From: Octopus bimaculoides
Lineage: Eukaryota
NCBI RefSeq assembly: GCF_001194135.2
Contig: NC_068983.1
Coordinates: 76,126,321-76,190,320, forward strand
Reading direction: 5' to 3'
Length of the DNA stretch: 64,000 bases
Shown here: positions 1 through 13,142 of the stretch, piece by piece
Position numbering within the stretch: the first letter of the stretch is position 1
Layout of the letters: each line of letters opens with the position of its first letter
Program-made: the position numbers and the translations under genes
The notes under the pieces: generated by a model
Databases searched by the model: none
What the model saw: the letters and a program-made list of their open reading frames with translations, nothing else
What the model was told of the DNA's origin: nothing

Positions 1-1635
1 CAGCCTTTCTTTTCGAGAAGTTAGGGTTTGCTTTTCTATCATTCTAACGTAGATTTTCTTCGTTGGCTGGTAAAGTTTACAGTTTTAAATGTTTTTAGAT
101 GCCAGTAATATATAAAAAGCATTACTCTACTTCTGCTTCTCAATATATTCTTAGGAGTCCGTATTACATCATTTAAACTAAACTAGAGAAAGTTGTTTCG
201 CAAGGTATGCCTTATTTGATGCTGTTACTTAACTGCAAGTGAACTGATCTACGGTTAAAGGCTTTCCTACCATGATCATCACACTGTTCATTGCATATTT
301 AGGGCTACATTATCAAATTTACCTTACTTCCTTTTTTTTCAAGATGGTAGGGGGAAATTTTTGTCATACTGTATTCAGTCATAATTTTAATAATGTTAAA
401 TAACGTGTCATGATTGACAGGGCTGTTGTATGTTATTTCAGGAAGATTTTGCTCCTGTTTTTTTCCAGGCCGAGTGATCACCAAGCGGGTTCCATGTTGG
501 CTCAATTTACAAAGGTTAACTGAGGAACTGGTGATTGTGGATATGTAAAAGTTGTGATGTATTGCTCAACGCAGTAGCAGTAGTTGCTGTAGTCGTAGTC
601 GTAGTAGTACATGTTGTCAGGAGGTCGAGAAATTAACACGTGTTCATAAGGACCTAATTAACGAAAACTGATCGTATTTATAGCAGTTTCGAAAATTCAC
701 AAGCAAAAAACAAACATACACAAACACACACAGATATACGCAACACACACAAATATACACAACGCACACAGAGACACACACACGCGCACACACACGCACA
801 CACACATACACATACACATAGACACATACATATACACATAACCATAGCAATACAAATCAGCGTTGGTTAATTTCGATGGACTCGTTAATAGCTGTTACTT
901 GCTGTTCTTGTTTGTTGAAGTCCTGTCAGTGTGCGGTGAAGGAGCAGGGACAACATTTACATCACATGGAATCATTATGACAGAGTGAATGTGAATAATG
1001 AAATAAATTTGAATTACAACTTGTTGAACATATTTATGTCTGTAGAATGTCAGAAATGACAAGTGAATAAATAAACTGGAAGCAAATTTAGTCGCAGAAT
1101 AATTTATCAGGTTTCAAATCGGAAATTAAAACGTTGGGAACTAATTTAAATTCTTCCACCAAAATCGTAATATAAAAGAAACTTTAAGAAACATTTCCCA
1201 CCACCGCAAAATAAAATTAGCTGTGTAAATGAACGCAGCTTCTATTGATTTGACATAGAGAACTAACCGATCTTATGTGCATTCATTCAACCCTAGTAGC
1301 CTTCGAAGCGAATCATGCGTATCTTTTGACTGGTTCTAGACGATACCAATCGGTGAACAAAACCGATATTTCCTCATGTTTAGCATCACGTTCTTTGAAT
1401 ATCAATAGACTTTCGATATTTATTCCCCCCCCCCCCATTCTCCTCTACTCTATACATAGTTCACTTTTGTCATAATTTTACTGACTGGAACCAAATGCTA
1501 AATCGATTTACTACGATTCTTTTCGTTTTTGCTATATGAACCTATTCTTGAGTGAGAAGAAAATTCCATCATGTCTACGTAGACTAGAAAACTAAGTCTT
1601 AGTGTTAGTTCGTTGATTTCACAAACATGCTCTCC

Positions 1636-1666
<31 letters not shown>

Positions 1667-1979
1667 CACCTCTCTCTATCTTTCTCCCAAACCACCGAGA
1701 GAGTCGCTATGGGGTCACCTAAAAGAAATAGCAGCTAAATCTCCCTATATCTTACACAGTCTTAACTAAAAGTGATAAATTGGACACTGGTGGGATGGTT
1801 ATTATGGAATGAATTTAATCATAGTTCTGTTCCATCAAGTCTGGCTGAATAATAGCTGCAATAAACCCTCTATGCCATTCTCTCTCTCTCTCTCTCTATC
1901 TCTCTTCCACTCGTTTTTCACTGCTCTGTTCTTAAATATCTGAAGTAGACAGATTAATTTCTTACTTCGTTTTCGTCTA

Positions 1980-2190
1980 CAGTAGTGGTTCCCAAAGTGG
2001 GCGGTATTGCCCCCCTGGGGGCGGTGGAAAGTTCCAAGGGGGCGTTGAAGAAAAGTGAGGTGATAATGGAGTAGCGAGTTTTAGTTGTGAAATATAGTTG
2101 CTTTGAATTTGCTTCAGAAAGAGGTCTATGTTTGTAATAGTTAGTTGGGGTGGGGGCGCTAGGAATGTGACCTGGGTCTCAAAGGAGCAG
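1980..2190 (+). mobile_element. hAT/Charlie-like DNA transposon end fragment (one TIR only)
   Basis: Begins (c)agtagtggttcccaaagtgggcggtattgccccctggggg, resembling the CAGTGGTTCCCAA termini of hAT-Charlie non-autonomous elements; GC-rich island in AT-rich DNA; partner TIR not found. Confidence 0.5.
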
Positions 2191-2450
2191 CATATATATA
2201 TATATGTAATTAAAACCATGCAACCTGGGACTTTAAGTTTCACCTGACAGCTCATTGAGCCAGTCGAACAAGCTAGCGGACGAAAGTATATTCCCATTTG
2301 ATTTTGAAGGTAACTTTAAAATATTAGCTCTAGTTTAACATATACATGCACACAAACAAGCACCCATATATAAAGGTGTGTGTATATGGACTATATGTAT
2401 TATAAATACACACACATACACACATATATGATACAAAATTTATAACAATT

Positions 2451-3371
2451 TATACTAATTTATGATTTCATATTATATAATTATATTAAAGAGTGCGGAT
2501 AAAATCCACCAACACGCTAGAGATAGACTCCAATGACTCTAAAAACCACATCTATACACCGTTAGCACAGGTTGCAAGCGGGTAGATGAAAAAAAAATGA
2601 ATCAGATTTTTTTTTTTTAAAGATGATTAATTGTAGTTCGATTTCTGGCTTAGCGTCGTAAAACCTTTGCTGTCTTCAGTAAAATATGCCAAAGTATATA
2701 GATTCAAATATTTATACATTCTCATACGAACAACATATTCGCACGATTAAATACATGCATTAACATTTACACACCAGTAAATGTATCATTTTTTCTCATC
2801 TCAACCACGTGCTTTTATTATCAAAATAATCTCGCAGCGAATGCAATTTGATCAGAAACAAAATATATTTTATACAAAATTAGGGATAAAACCACTTTAA
2901 TGATATAATCAAGTACCCAGCGTGAAATAAAAATGTGGTTTTATCCTTAATTTTGCATAAAATACATATTTTTTGCTCCTGATCAAATTGCATTCGCTGC
3001 GAGATTATTTTGATAATAAAAGCACGTGGTTGAGATGAGAAAGAATTAGATTTTTACTAGTGTAAATGTATGTATATAATCGTGCGGATGTGTTGTTCGT
3101 ATGGGTATGAATAGATATTCGCATCTGCATACTTTGGCATATTGTACTGAAGACAGCAAAGAGTTTTACAACCCTAAGCCAGAAATTGATCATCAATTAA
3201 CCATCTTTTCTCAAAAAGATCTTATTAATTTTTTCACCTACCCGCTTACAACCTGTGCTAGCGGTGTATAGATGTGGGTTTTGGAGCAATTTGGCGTCTA
3301 TTTCTGGCGTACTGGTGTGATTCATCCGCACCCTTTAATATAATTATATTATATAATTATAAATTAGTATA
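2451..3371. repeat. Long inverted repeat / foldback (~440 bp arms, ~32 bp spacer)
   Basis: Arms ~2451-2898 and ~2931-3371 are reverse complements throughout; 2792-2855 matches the reverse complement of 2979-3042 exactly (64 bp); ends are tatactaattt / aaattagtata. Confidence 0.93.
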
Positions 3372-3402
3372 TATATATATGTGTGTGTGTGTGTGTATAT
3401 GT

Positions 3403-3547
<145 letters not shown>

Positions 3548-5019
3548 TACGTACATATATAATTCATATGTTTATATATGTATATATACCATCACATATA
3601 CTTATTTTTGCACATATCTGTGTATACAGGCATATGTATTTGCATATATAAATGTATGTATATATCTTTGTTGAAATTCAGTTTCCGTTTTAAGTGTATA
3701 CATAGTCAGGTGTGATCAGGTTCTGACTAAAGTATACACACCCAAATCAACAGAAAACGAGTAAATCATGCGCTTTCTTGCACTTATTAATCTCTATTTC
3801 CCGCGCACTCGTACACAGAAAACTACATAAAAAGGTGTAGCTATGTTTTACGTGTGTATGTATTCCGAATTAATGCCGAAAACTATATTATTGATAATTT
3901 CATGTTGTGTATGTTTATAAAATGTTGAAGGTATAACAGCCAATTATAATTAATTGGGAATACGATTATCGATAGATCAAAGTATATAAATGAGTGTGTG
4001 TACGTATATTTGCATGTGTGTAGGTACGTGGTTATGCACTTTTGTGTATGCGTATATATGAAATCCCATAAATATAAGCCCAATACAGGCATATACATAC
4101 GTACTTACATAAATGAATACATACATACATTCATACATGCATATAGATATATATATATGTGTATATGTGAATGAGTGTGTATGTGTATGTATGTGTGTGT
4201 GTGTGTTAAACTCAAATCCTATGATGCGTAAAAGAGAATCCTTGTATCAATAAGGCTAATCAACTATCAGTGGTAGCATACATGCATACATACATACACA
4301 CATACATACGAATATACATAGATACATAAATAAACATATATATGAGTGTCAATGATGTGTGTATGCGTGCATACAATGTATAAACGCACACACGCACGCA
4401 TATATACATACACGTGTGTGCGCATGTTTGTGCGTTTTTGAATGTGTGTATATAAGCTGATCGGATTATATACAGTGCTGTAAATCTTATTAGCCAGTTT
4501 AATGTTGAGCCTTTTATATTCACTAATTGCTTACCGAATTAGTTAGGAGAAACTGTATTAGATGTTTGTTATTTTTTGTTTAACGCTACAAGAGAACGTA
4601 GAGTTTGGGCTTTCAACTACATCTCTCTAGTCATTAATCACTGAAAAATTGGGTTGTTAAGTTTATGATCAAATGTTAATATAGGGTGAATGGTTATTAT
4701 TAAGAACGTACATCAACTGATAACTAGGTATCGCTATTTTTTCGTATTTTAATGGCGCTTGTGTGGAATGAATGAACATTGTGCAAAATAAATGCTACCA
4801 GTTATTCTTTTTTATGTAAGTTTATATAAAAATTTTGTTGGAGAGTAATAGGAATCAAAAAGCTGCTGATTAGATGTTAGGGGTGAATACGCAAATTGGA
4901 TATAATATCAATATTTGTCATTGGAACGGTTTGGGTGCGCTTATATTTGCTTGTATTCTTTAAATGAACTTAGCCTTTCCTGTGTAGTCGTTTATATATG
5001 CATATAAGTTGACAATTGG

Positions 5020-5170
5020 CAGAGTCGTTAGATAGTCGGATTGGTTTCTTTGGTTTCTTTGAGGTAACTGTTCTAGTTCTCCGCACTTTGATGTCGAATT
5101 CCGGCGAAGTCAAATTTGTCTTTCATCCTTTCGAAGTGTATAGATAAAGCACCAGTACTGAATCGACTTT
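5020..5170 (+). mobile_element. Degenerate SINE copy (family 1)
   Basis: gtcgaattccggcgaagtcaaatttgtctttcatcctttcg matches the family-1 body seen at 55080-55290 and 52470-52892. Confidence 0.65.
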
Positions 5171-6120
5171 TTATCTACATCTTTCCTTCTGTTTTTTACG
5201 ACCTATTTGATGGGAACTAAGATGCTATCGAAGAGAACAACGAGGTTTATGTAATACAAATGGAGAAGAACAATAATAGCTGGTCTGGAGGTATACATTT
5301 AGTTGTACTAAATTCGGTGGCAGGAAAGGGTGTGTCTCTTTAATATAATGTCTTAGGCGGTGGAATGCTTCATTTTATGTAAGCGATTCTTTAATTATTT
5401 CTCTTAGATATGATAATTGGTGTAAAGGTTAGTCTAATGTAAGATGACACTTCTAGATTCGTTGCGGACTACAAATAGAATATTTCTGTGTCGTCCGTTA
5501 CGTGTGAAGAATTCTTAGAGATTAGGAGATTTTTGGCGTGGTTACTGTTTGATTTATTTACTTTTTCGGGTATTCGTGTTTCAGGAAGAGTATGATTAGC
5601 TATGGTATGAGTGTGTATGTGCGAGTATGCATGTATATATATATGTATATTATACACACACAGAGATAAATATATATATATATATATATATANNNNNNNN
5701 NNNNNNNNNNNNNNNNNNNNNNNNNNNNNNNNNNNNNNNNNNNNNNNNNNNNNNNNNNNNNNNNNNNNNNNNNNNNNNNNNNNNNNNNNNNNNNNNNNNN
5801 NNNNNNNNNNNNNNNNNNNNNNNNNNNNNNNNNNNNNNNNNNNNNNNNNNNNNNNNNNNNNNNNNNNNNNNNNNNNNNNNNNNNNNNNNNNNNNNNNNNN
5901 NNNNNNNNNNNNNNNNNNNNNNNNNNNNNNNNNNNNNNNNNNNNNNNNNNNNNNNNNNNNNNNNNNNNNNNNNNNNNNNNNNNNNNNNNNNNNNNNNNNN
6001 NNNNNNNNNNNNNNNNNNNNNNNNNNNNNNNNNNNNNNNNNNNNNNNNNNNNNNNNNNNNNNNNNNNNNNNNNNNNNNNNNNNNNNNNNNNNNNNNNNNN
6101 NNNNNNNNNNNNNNNNNNNN

Positions 6121-6215
6121 CCTTCATCAGTTTTCGGCTGTCCATCTACTCCCCATTTCGAGCAATCAACGACAATATGGGTCTTCTTATCTGAAAACCT
6201 GCTGTTCAACTCTCC
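6121..6215 (-). mobile_element. Unclassified (TA)n-embedded repeat fragment, inverted copy of 8465-8520
   Basis: The reverse complement of 6121-6163 (gctcgaaatggggagtagatggacagccgaaaactgatgaagg) aligns ungapped to ~8465-8505 (gcttgagatgagaagtagataagcagccgaaaactgatgaagg). Confidence 0.6.
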
Positions 6216-6227
6216 TTAGAGACTCTT

Positions 6228-6288
<61 letters not shown>

Positions 6289-7697
6289 CACACACACATA
6301 ATATACATTAAACGAATAAAAAACTACTCCGGGTAGGGTAATGTCGCTGGAAGGCATTCATAAAAAGTAACGTTTTAAACCAGTTGAAACATCAAGTTTA
6401 CAAGTAAGCTCAATTTTCTGGTAAATTAACTTATAAGGAATGCTCGAATCACTAGAATTAACGTTAATAATGAAAATTAAAAGGAAGTTGCAGTACTAAG
6501 ATATAGCCTTTGGAGCGTTCGCCTGTGTATGTACCTTTAGAGGACGTTTTTACTAGAAATGCTTAGTGAGAATTTCTCTCGACTAGTTCCCCTTGTATTG
6601 AGACCGTAATTTGGCACTTTCGAGAGAAAGTTCATAAAGGACGAAACCTATGTTCTTAATTCTCTTGTGCCCAAAGTCACAACAAACAGCAAATTAGAAG
6701 TGCTCAACTTAACGGAAGTGACATTAAACATAAAAATGATACCAAGTCGAAAATATCGAACTAGAAACCAATCTGAATGTGTTCCTAAAATATGGTAGCA
6801 ATAATTGAAAACATTTAAACAATAAAGAATATATTATATTTTATATGTGCGGATTCAGTTTGTGTGTATGATATCAGATCGAAGTATTCAGACTATATAG
6901 GTCTATTAAATATCTATATAATATTCTGTATACAGTTGTCCAGAAACACTTATAATGAAAATTTGAACTAGATACATCAATGTATGCTGATGAAGAAATG
7001 TTTGTGTAATTCAAGTGTTTTCTTTCATAGAATTATGAAAAAATATTCAGAAAGGAAATATTTAAAACTTTCTGTTATCTGCATGCATGATTTATCTAAA
7101 AATTATCTACGCGATAAATCATCAGTATAATGAATAAATATATCGAAGTTTCATCTAATTAATTAAGATATGTTTATTTACTTCACGTCTAGAAGTGAAG
7201 TATTTGTAATAAATATTCGCGTCCAATCTAGATAACGTTTTACGGGTATGTCTATCTACGTAATAATATTCTATAAGTTATGACTACTAAGAGTCACTAG
7301 TTTAGAGAAGGTGTAAACTATTTAACACCATTTCAGGCTGTGTTCATCTAGACAATGGTTTCATGCTGTTACAATCTAGCCTGTACCTATATAAAGAGAA
7401 TGGATAAATTTAAGGTTGATAGTATGTGAATGGTTAACATATCTAGAAGCAGTATCTGTTTTCTTAACAACGAAAGACCATGTTTCAGTGATCGAAATTT
7501 AGCCGTACTTGTCGTCGTAGAGAGGATGAAAAAATATTTACATACTGCATATATTCAATTAGTACGATTCTATTTTAGTCAGCTAGTCAGTTTTAAGAGG
7601 AATTTTAAAGTAGATTTCCATTGCTATTTTCAATCATAGGAGCAGAGATAATTAATTTTGCAGTGAAATTCGCGCAAAGATGGAAATAAGCAACATA

Positions 7698-7716
7698 AAT
7701 AATAATAAAAATAATG

Positions 7717-7763
<47 letters not shown>
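7698..7763. repeat. (AAT)n microsatellite
   Basis: Direct observation. Confidence 0.95.
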
Positions 7764-7764
<1 letters not shown>

Positions 7765-8464
7765 GTAATGAAACAACTTAGCAGAAACGCCTGAAAAAAG
7801 CATAAACGAAACAAAATAAGTCAGAACAAATGGAAATCGTAACCAAAAATATAACTAGAGAAAGACATTATGAATATATAAACGGAATGAAAGAGAAAAT
7901 AGAAAAATAAAATGAAATGTTAGATTTGATGAATGAGGTAGGGTTATTTTACTTGTAAATAAATGACAGCTTTATTGAAGAATGTAGTAGAGTTTTGTCG
8001 GGCGAACATTTCATTGGTCCACATTACTGTCACTTTGGATTGATCTCTGGATGAAAAGATGGCTTACAGTCTGTGTATTCATTTGTCGAGTTAGTTGCGT
8101 GAATTCCTGAGATGGCGATAAATCTACTGATATATTCCAACATTGCCATGAAATACACCTTTCAACAACACGATCAACATCACCAACAATACCATGAACA
8201 ACACCACCATTAACGCTACCAACAACGCCATGCATAGACACAATCATATAGGTGGATATAGATGTTTCTCTACATCACTCTACTTATATACATACATATA
8301 TATATATTTATACACATATTTATATATATATATATATGTATATATATATGTATATATGTAAATATGTATATATATATACATATATATCTATCTATATCTA
8401 TCTCTCTATACACACACATACATACACACCCACACGCGCGCGCGCGTGCCCAAACATATATATG

Positions 8465-8766
8465 CTTGAGATGAGAAGTAGATAAGCAGCCGAAAACTGA
8501 TGAAGGGACGTTCTTTATGTTACTTGTCCTGTTTTCCATTTGTTTCTCTCGTTGTTTGTGTATTCAACTCATTTGCCTTCGTATTTACTGTATGTGATGT
8601 CCTGTACCCATATATATATATGTATGTATGTATTACTTATATTATTATCTGATTGAACGCCATTTCCGTATATATATAAATATATACATATATATACAAA
8701 ATGGGACAAGAACGCAAAACATCCAGACAGTTAGGTGAAACAAGAAAGGGACAAAACACCCAGATA
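8465..8766 (+). mobile_element. Unclassified (TA)n-embedded repeat fragments (possibly Penelope-derived)
   Basis: Shares the ...cagccgaaaactgatgaagg end with 6121-6163; bounded by TA runs and a gap. The PLE assignment is inference only. Confidence 0.45.
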
Positions 8767-9240
8767 NNNNNNNNNNNNNNNNNNNNNNNNNNNNNNNNNN
8801 NNNNNNNNNNNNNNNNNNNNNNNNNNNNNNNNNNNNNNNNNNNNNNNNNNNNNNNNNNNNNNNNNNNNNNNNNNNNNNNNNNNNNNNNNNNNNNNNNNNN
8901 NNNNNNNNNNNNNNNNNNNNNNNNNNNNNNNNNNNNNNNNNNNNNNNNNNNNNNNNNNNNNNNNNNNNNNNNNNNNNNNNNNNNNNNNNNNNNNNNNNNN
9001 NNNNNNNNNNNNNNNNNNNNNNNNNNNNNNNNNNNNNNNNNNNNNNNNNNNNNNNNNNNNNNNNNNNNNNNNNNNNNNNNNNNNNNNNNNNNNNNNNNNN
9101 NNNNNNNNNNNNNNNNNNNNNNNNNNNNNNNNNNNNNNNNNNNNNNNNNNNNNNNNNNNNNNNNNNNNNNNNNNNNNNNNNNNNNNNNNNNNNNNNNNNN
9201 NNNNNNNNNNNNNNNNNNNNNNNNNNNNNNNNNNNNNNNN

Positions 9241-9280
<40 letters not shown>

Positions 9281-9282
<2 letters not shown>

Positions 9283-12090
9283 CTTTAGTTTCAGCTCAGA
9301 GCTGTGGCCGAGCTGGGGCACATTTTTTTATTGAGAGCCCTCCTCTAATATGTGACACTTGGTGAAGAATGGAGTTTGATGTCGCTACTCTCATTTGAAC
9401 CTCTTGCTGTGAGGTAGGTTCATCTGGGACTCTCGACTGGAAGAGGTTCAGTTTTGACTTGAAAACAAGTACATCCACTTTCTGTAGGCCCCTCAGGCTA
9501 TTTAGGAGAATATTAAAAAGCTGTGGGGACCTGAAACCCAGGCTCTAACTGGTCCTGACACGCGATGGCATTGCTGGGATCTTTGGCACTGTGCAGTGTC
9601 GACCCGTTCTGGCATTGGTGTAGGCTTTCAATGCCAACATTTGGCACAATTCCTTCCAGGATGTTCGAGATGTATATTATTGCATACTTCTCCGGCTTTC
9701 GCTCCAGGGAGTAGAGTCTTAGCTGATTCAGCCTTTGCCAGTAGCAGAGCTTTTGCAATGAGACGATCTTCTTTGTGAAGCTTCACTAGATTGCTTCAAG
9801 GTCCGCTGTTAAATTTACACTGTTGGGTGACCATAGCTTGGAGAAGTAATCCAGGCGGCTGAGGACGAATATCTTCCAGAGGACCATCATGGATTCTTTT
9901 TCTCTGGTTCTGGACGTTCTCAGGATCCATCTAGCCAGTCGTCTGCACTTTGTCGCCATCCTGGTAATGTGCACTTGGAAAGAAGTGTCATCACTCATGT
10001 CGATACCCAAGTCCCCCACTGATTTAGGCTCTGGGATTGTAATCCTCTGTGGACCAGTGTACCCTGAAAGTTTTATATTTCATTTTAGACGCTGGTCGTG
10101 CAGGGCTTGGAATTTTTCAGCATTAAACTGCATATTATTATCCTCAGCCCATCTGTAAACTGAGTCCAACTCTTGCGGCAAGTGTGCAACATCGCTGGAG
10201 TTCTGAATTTTCTGCGAGACTTTCGTATCGCATGCGCAGCTAGCAAAGGTGGTTATCCGGGCAGTTGAGGGCATATCTGAGAGGGCCACTATGAAAATCA
10301 GTGGTTCTAAGACAGTGCTCTGTGTAACACCGTTCACTAATTGTGTTTTCATTAAGGTGGCTCCATTGGCCACTGCTGCCTGACTTCTATCTTTCAGAAA
10401 GTCATGTAACCACGCTCCAAGTTTTCCAGTTATGCCAAGATCACGCAGTTTGTGGCATATCATACCATGATCTACCTTATCCAAAACGTTTGCAAAATCA
10501 AGGTATATCACGTCCACATTTGAGTTGTTGAGTAATCTGCCTCAACATCCAGTCATAGTGCTGTAAGAGCTGGGTGAAGCAGCACCTACCTGGTCGAAAG
10601 CCATGCTGGTTATCTCTCAACAAATTATTTTCTTCAAGGAATACGATTAGTTTCTCTCTGACTATCCGTTGCATGACTTTGCTGATGTGTGAAGTCAGAG
10701 ATATAGGCCTATAGTTTTTGGCATCTGCTCTGTTACTCCCTTTATGGATTAATCATATTATTCCCTCCTTCAGCTTGCTTGGCAGCCTGCCATTTGCAAG
10801 AAAGGTCTGGAAGAGAATCTGTAGAGGTTTTGCAAATGGACGCTTACACGATTTGTGGAGGACTGCTGAGAAACTATCAGGACCATCAGTTGAGTTTGCG
10901 TCCACCTCATCGTAACTGCCTCGCTGGTTATAGGTGAGGTGGCAAAGGAATCCACCGGTTAGTTCACTTTTCTGTGTTCCAACGGGGTGGTAAAGACACT
11001 TTTGAACTAGTCATTCAGTACCTCACTGATCCTGGTTGGACTATCTGTGATGGAGCCATCCTTCATGAAGAGGAATCGTATCTTGCAGCGTACTGAGGCT
11101 GTTTATTTCGCATAATGAAAGAAGGCCTTTGGGTTTGGCTTAATGCTTTTTATAACCCAGGCTTCTTTGTCTGCTCTCTCCCTCACATAGGATTATTGCA
11201 GGCTTTTTTCATTCTTCATCAGTGTTGTTTTTAGGCGGGACCTTTCGCTACTTTTGGAATGCTGGTTGAAGCGATTTGCAACCTTCGTCTGTCGTCTCAT
11301 GAGGATCTTCCTTTCCTTTGGAATCTTGTTCCTTTTTGTGTTCGCCTTGTGCTCTGGGACATATTTCTGGCGTATGGTTTGCATAATAAACATGAAATAT
11401 TCTAGTTTCATGCCAATGTCTGGTGTGGAGAGACATTCCGGCCAGTCCTGTCTGAGGATCTCTTTTTGGATAGACTCCTAGTCTGCTTTGTGGAAGTTCA
11501 GATTGGAGAGATTTTTGGTGCTTCTCTTAGGCTGTATGTCGCTGGCATCTTTTGGTGCATACAACTTTCTCCATGAATAGGGCAATGGTGAGGTTGAACA
11601 AGAACACTGCCTGTGCTTGTTTGCAATGAGTCATTCCTGAGAGCATGAGGCTTTCGGGCTATTTGACATTGGGGAAGTTGAAATCTCCCATAAGGAATAT
11701 GCTCACGTAGTGTTCCAGTTTCATGAGGATTTCTTTAATTTTTGTGAGGCAATCTTCAAAGTTGCCTATGTGGTTTGGAGCATCCGGTGGGAGATATGTA
11801 TTCCATTTGAGTATATTTTGTTGTCTTATGTATAGAATTAGAGTGTCACATACTGAATTTGAGTGTGACAGTAAGACCTGGGGTATGAGGTCATCAGGGA
11901 GGTATATAGCAACTCCATTATGACTCCTTTCCCCTCTGTCTGTTCGCAGTATGGTATATTTTGGTACGTGTACTTCTTCATCAGGGCTCAGATGAGATTC
12001 CACGAGTGCTACGCATTGGGCTTGATTGCATGCAGCAAGGTCTCTCAGGAAAAAAAAAACCTTTGCTTTTGTTTTGCTTTTGTTGTTGAA
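9281..12090 (-). mobile_element. CR1-group (CR1/L2/Crack-like) LINE, decayed ORF2 with APE endonuclease and RT, 3' end present
   Basis: EN motifs ALVESHL, ILRTDR..SHNGVAIY and MGDFNFP (11659-12090); RT motifs DVIYLDFANVLDKVDH and GVTQSTVLEPLIF, YADD decayed to CACD, RWAEDNNMQFNAEKF (10080-10517); C-terminal VPDEP (9296-9478); multiple frameshifts; 3' end abuts (TA)n. Confidence 0.93.
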
Positions 12091-12714
12091 AGATATATAC
12101 ATATGTATATGTATATAACTTTCACCACTTGCGTCTAAGAAGAGGCATTGAAACGCTCCTCGCTTTAAGTGTATCAGGAAAGGCCTGGCTGGATGCCCAA
12201 CGTTCCGGGTGTATAACAGCACTTAGAAAAATTGAAGGACCGCTGCAATAACTGTGTGAATCTCAGAGGAGAATATGTTGGATAAAATCATAATTAACTG
12301 ATCTGTCTGCATTTTCTTTTACCCAAAGCCTGGAACTTTTCTGAACCCACTCGTGCATATGCATACGCACACCCACGCACGTAGATACACACTTATAGTT
12401 TATATCGAAACTAAATTCTTAGCATTTGATATAACATGCTAAATGCTAAGAATTTCGTTAATGAAGGATCAGTCTATTTGCATGAAGTCGTTACACTTAT
12501 GAGGCCGTCTTGCTTTGCGTGTTTATTTCGTCATTCGATTGTGCTTCAAGTAAAGATGTCTGGGGATATGAATAAATAATAAAAATGGCATTTTATTTTA
12601 TTGCATATGCATTGCAAGAATATGTGTATGGGATATAAAAGAAAACACGTTCCTTTACTGAGACGATCGTAACATGGATTTCAATTTCTCATTTCCTCTT
12701 TAAAATTATAAACA

Positions 12715-12803
12715 TTCTTCTTCTTCTTCTTCTTCTTCTTCTTCTTCTTCTTCTTCTTCTTCTTCTTCTTCTTCTTCTTCTTCTTCTTCTTCTTCTTCTT
12801 CTT
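12715..12803. repeat. (TTC)n microsatellite
   Basis: ~29 perfect units. Confidence 0.97.
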
Positions 12804-12878
12804 GTTATTATTATTGTATATGTGCGTGTGTGCGTTCTCGGTTGAATATGTATGTATGTATATATATAAAATATGTAT

Positions 12879-13025
12879 CAGGCGCGGTCTCAAGAATTTT
12901 TCAAAGGGCAGACACAAGCTCAGGAGAAAAGGGTATAATAACATTATTTAGAAGGGTGCACTTCTTTTCTTGAAGGTGGCGCGTGCCCCTCAGCCCCTCT
13001 CCCTTGGGTCTTGGATCCGCCCCTG
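12879..13025. mobile_element. Short MITE with GC-rich imperfect TIRs in TA context
   Basis: Left end caggcgcggtctcaag; right end cttggatccgcccctg (reverse complement caggggcggatccaag); 147 bp; superfamily not determined. Confidence 0.6.
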
Positions 13026-13089
<64 letters not shown>

Positions 13090-13111
13090 CATATTCATAA
13101 GTATAGTGATG

Positions 13112-13142
<31 letters not shown>

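Noticed and set aside
300-660. Exon-like segment near the window start
   Set aside because: Splice-like sites occur on both strands, but the frames stop early or cannot be linked; strand unresolved.
8485-8530. CTGATGA as a hammerhead ribozyme core (also at 6121-6130 on the minus strand)
   Set aside because: No stem II followed by GAAA downstream in the required order; for the minus copy the downstream sequence is lost in a gap.
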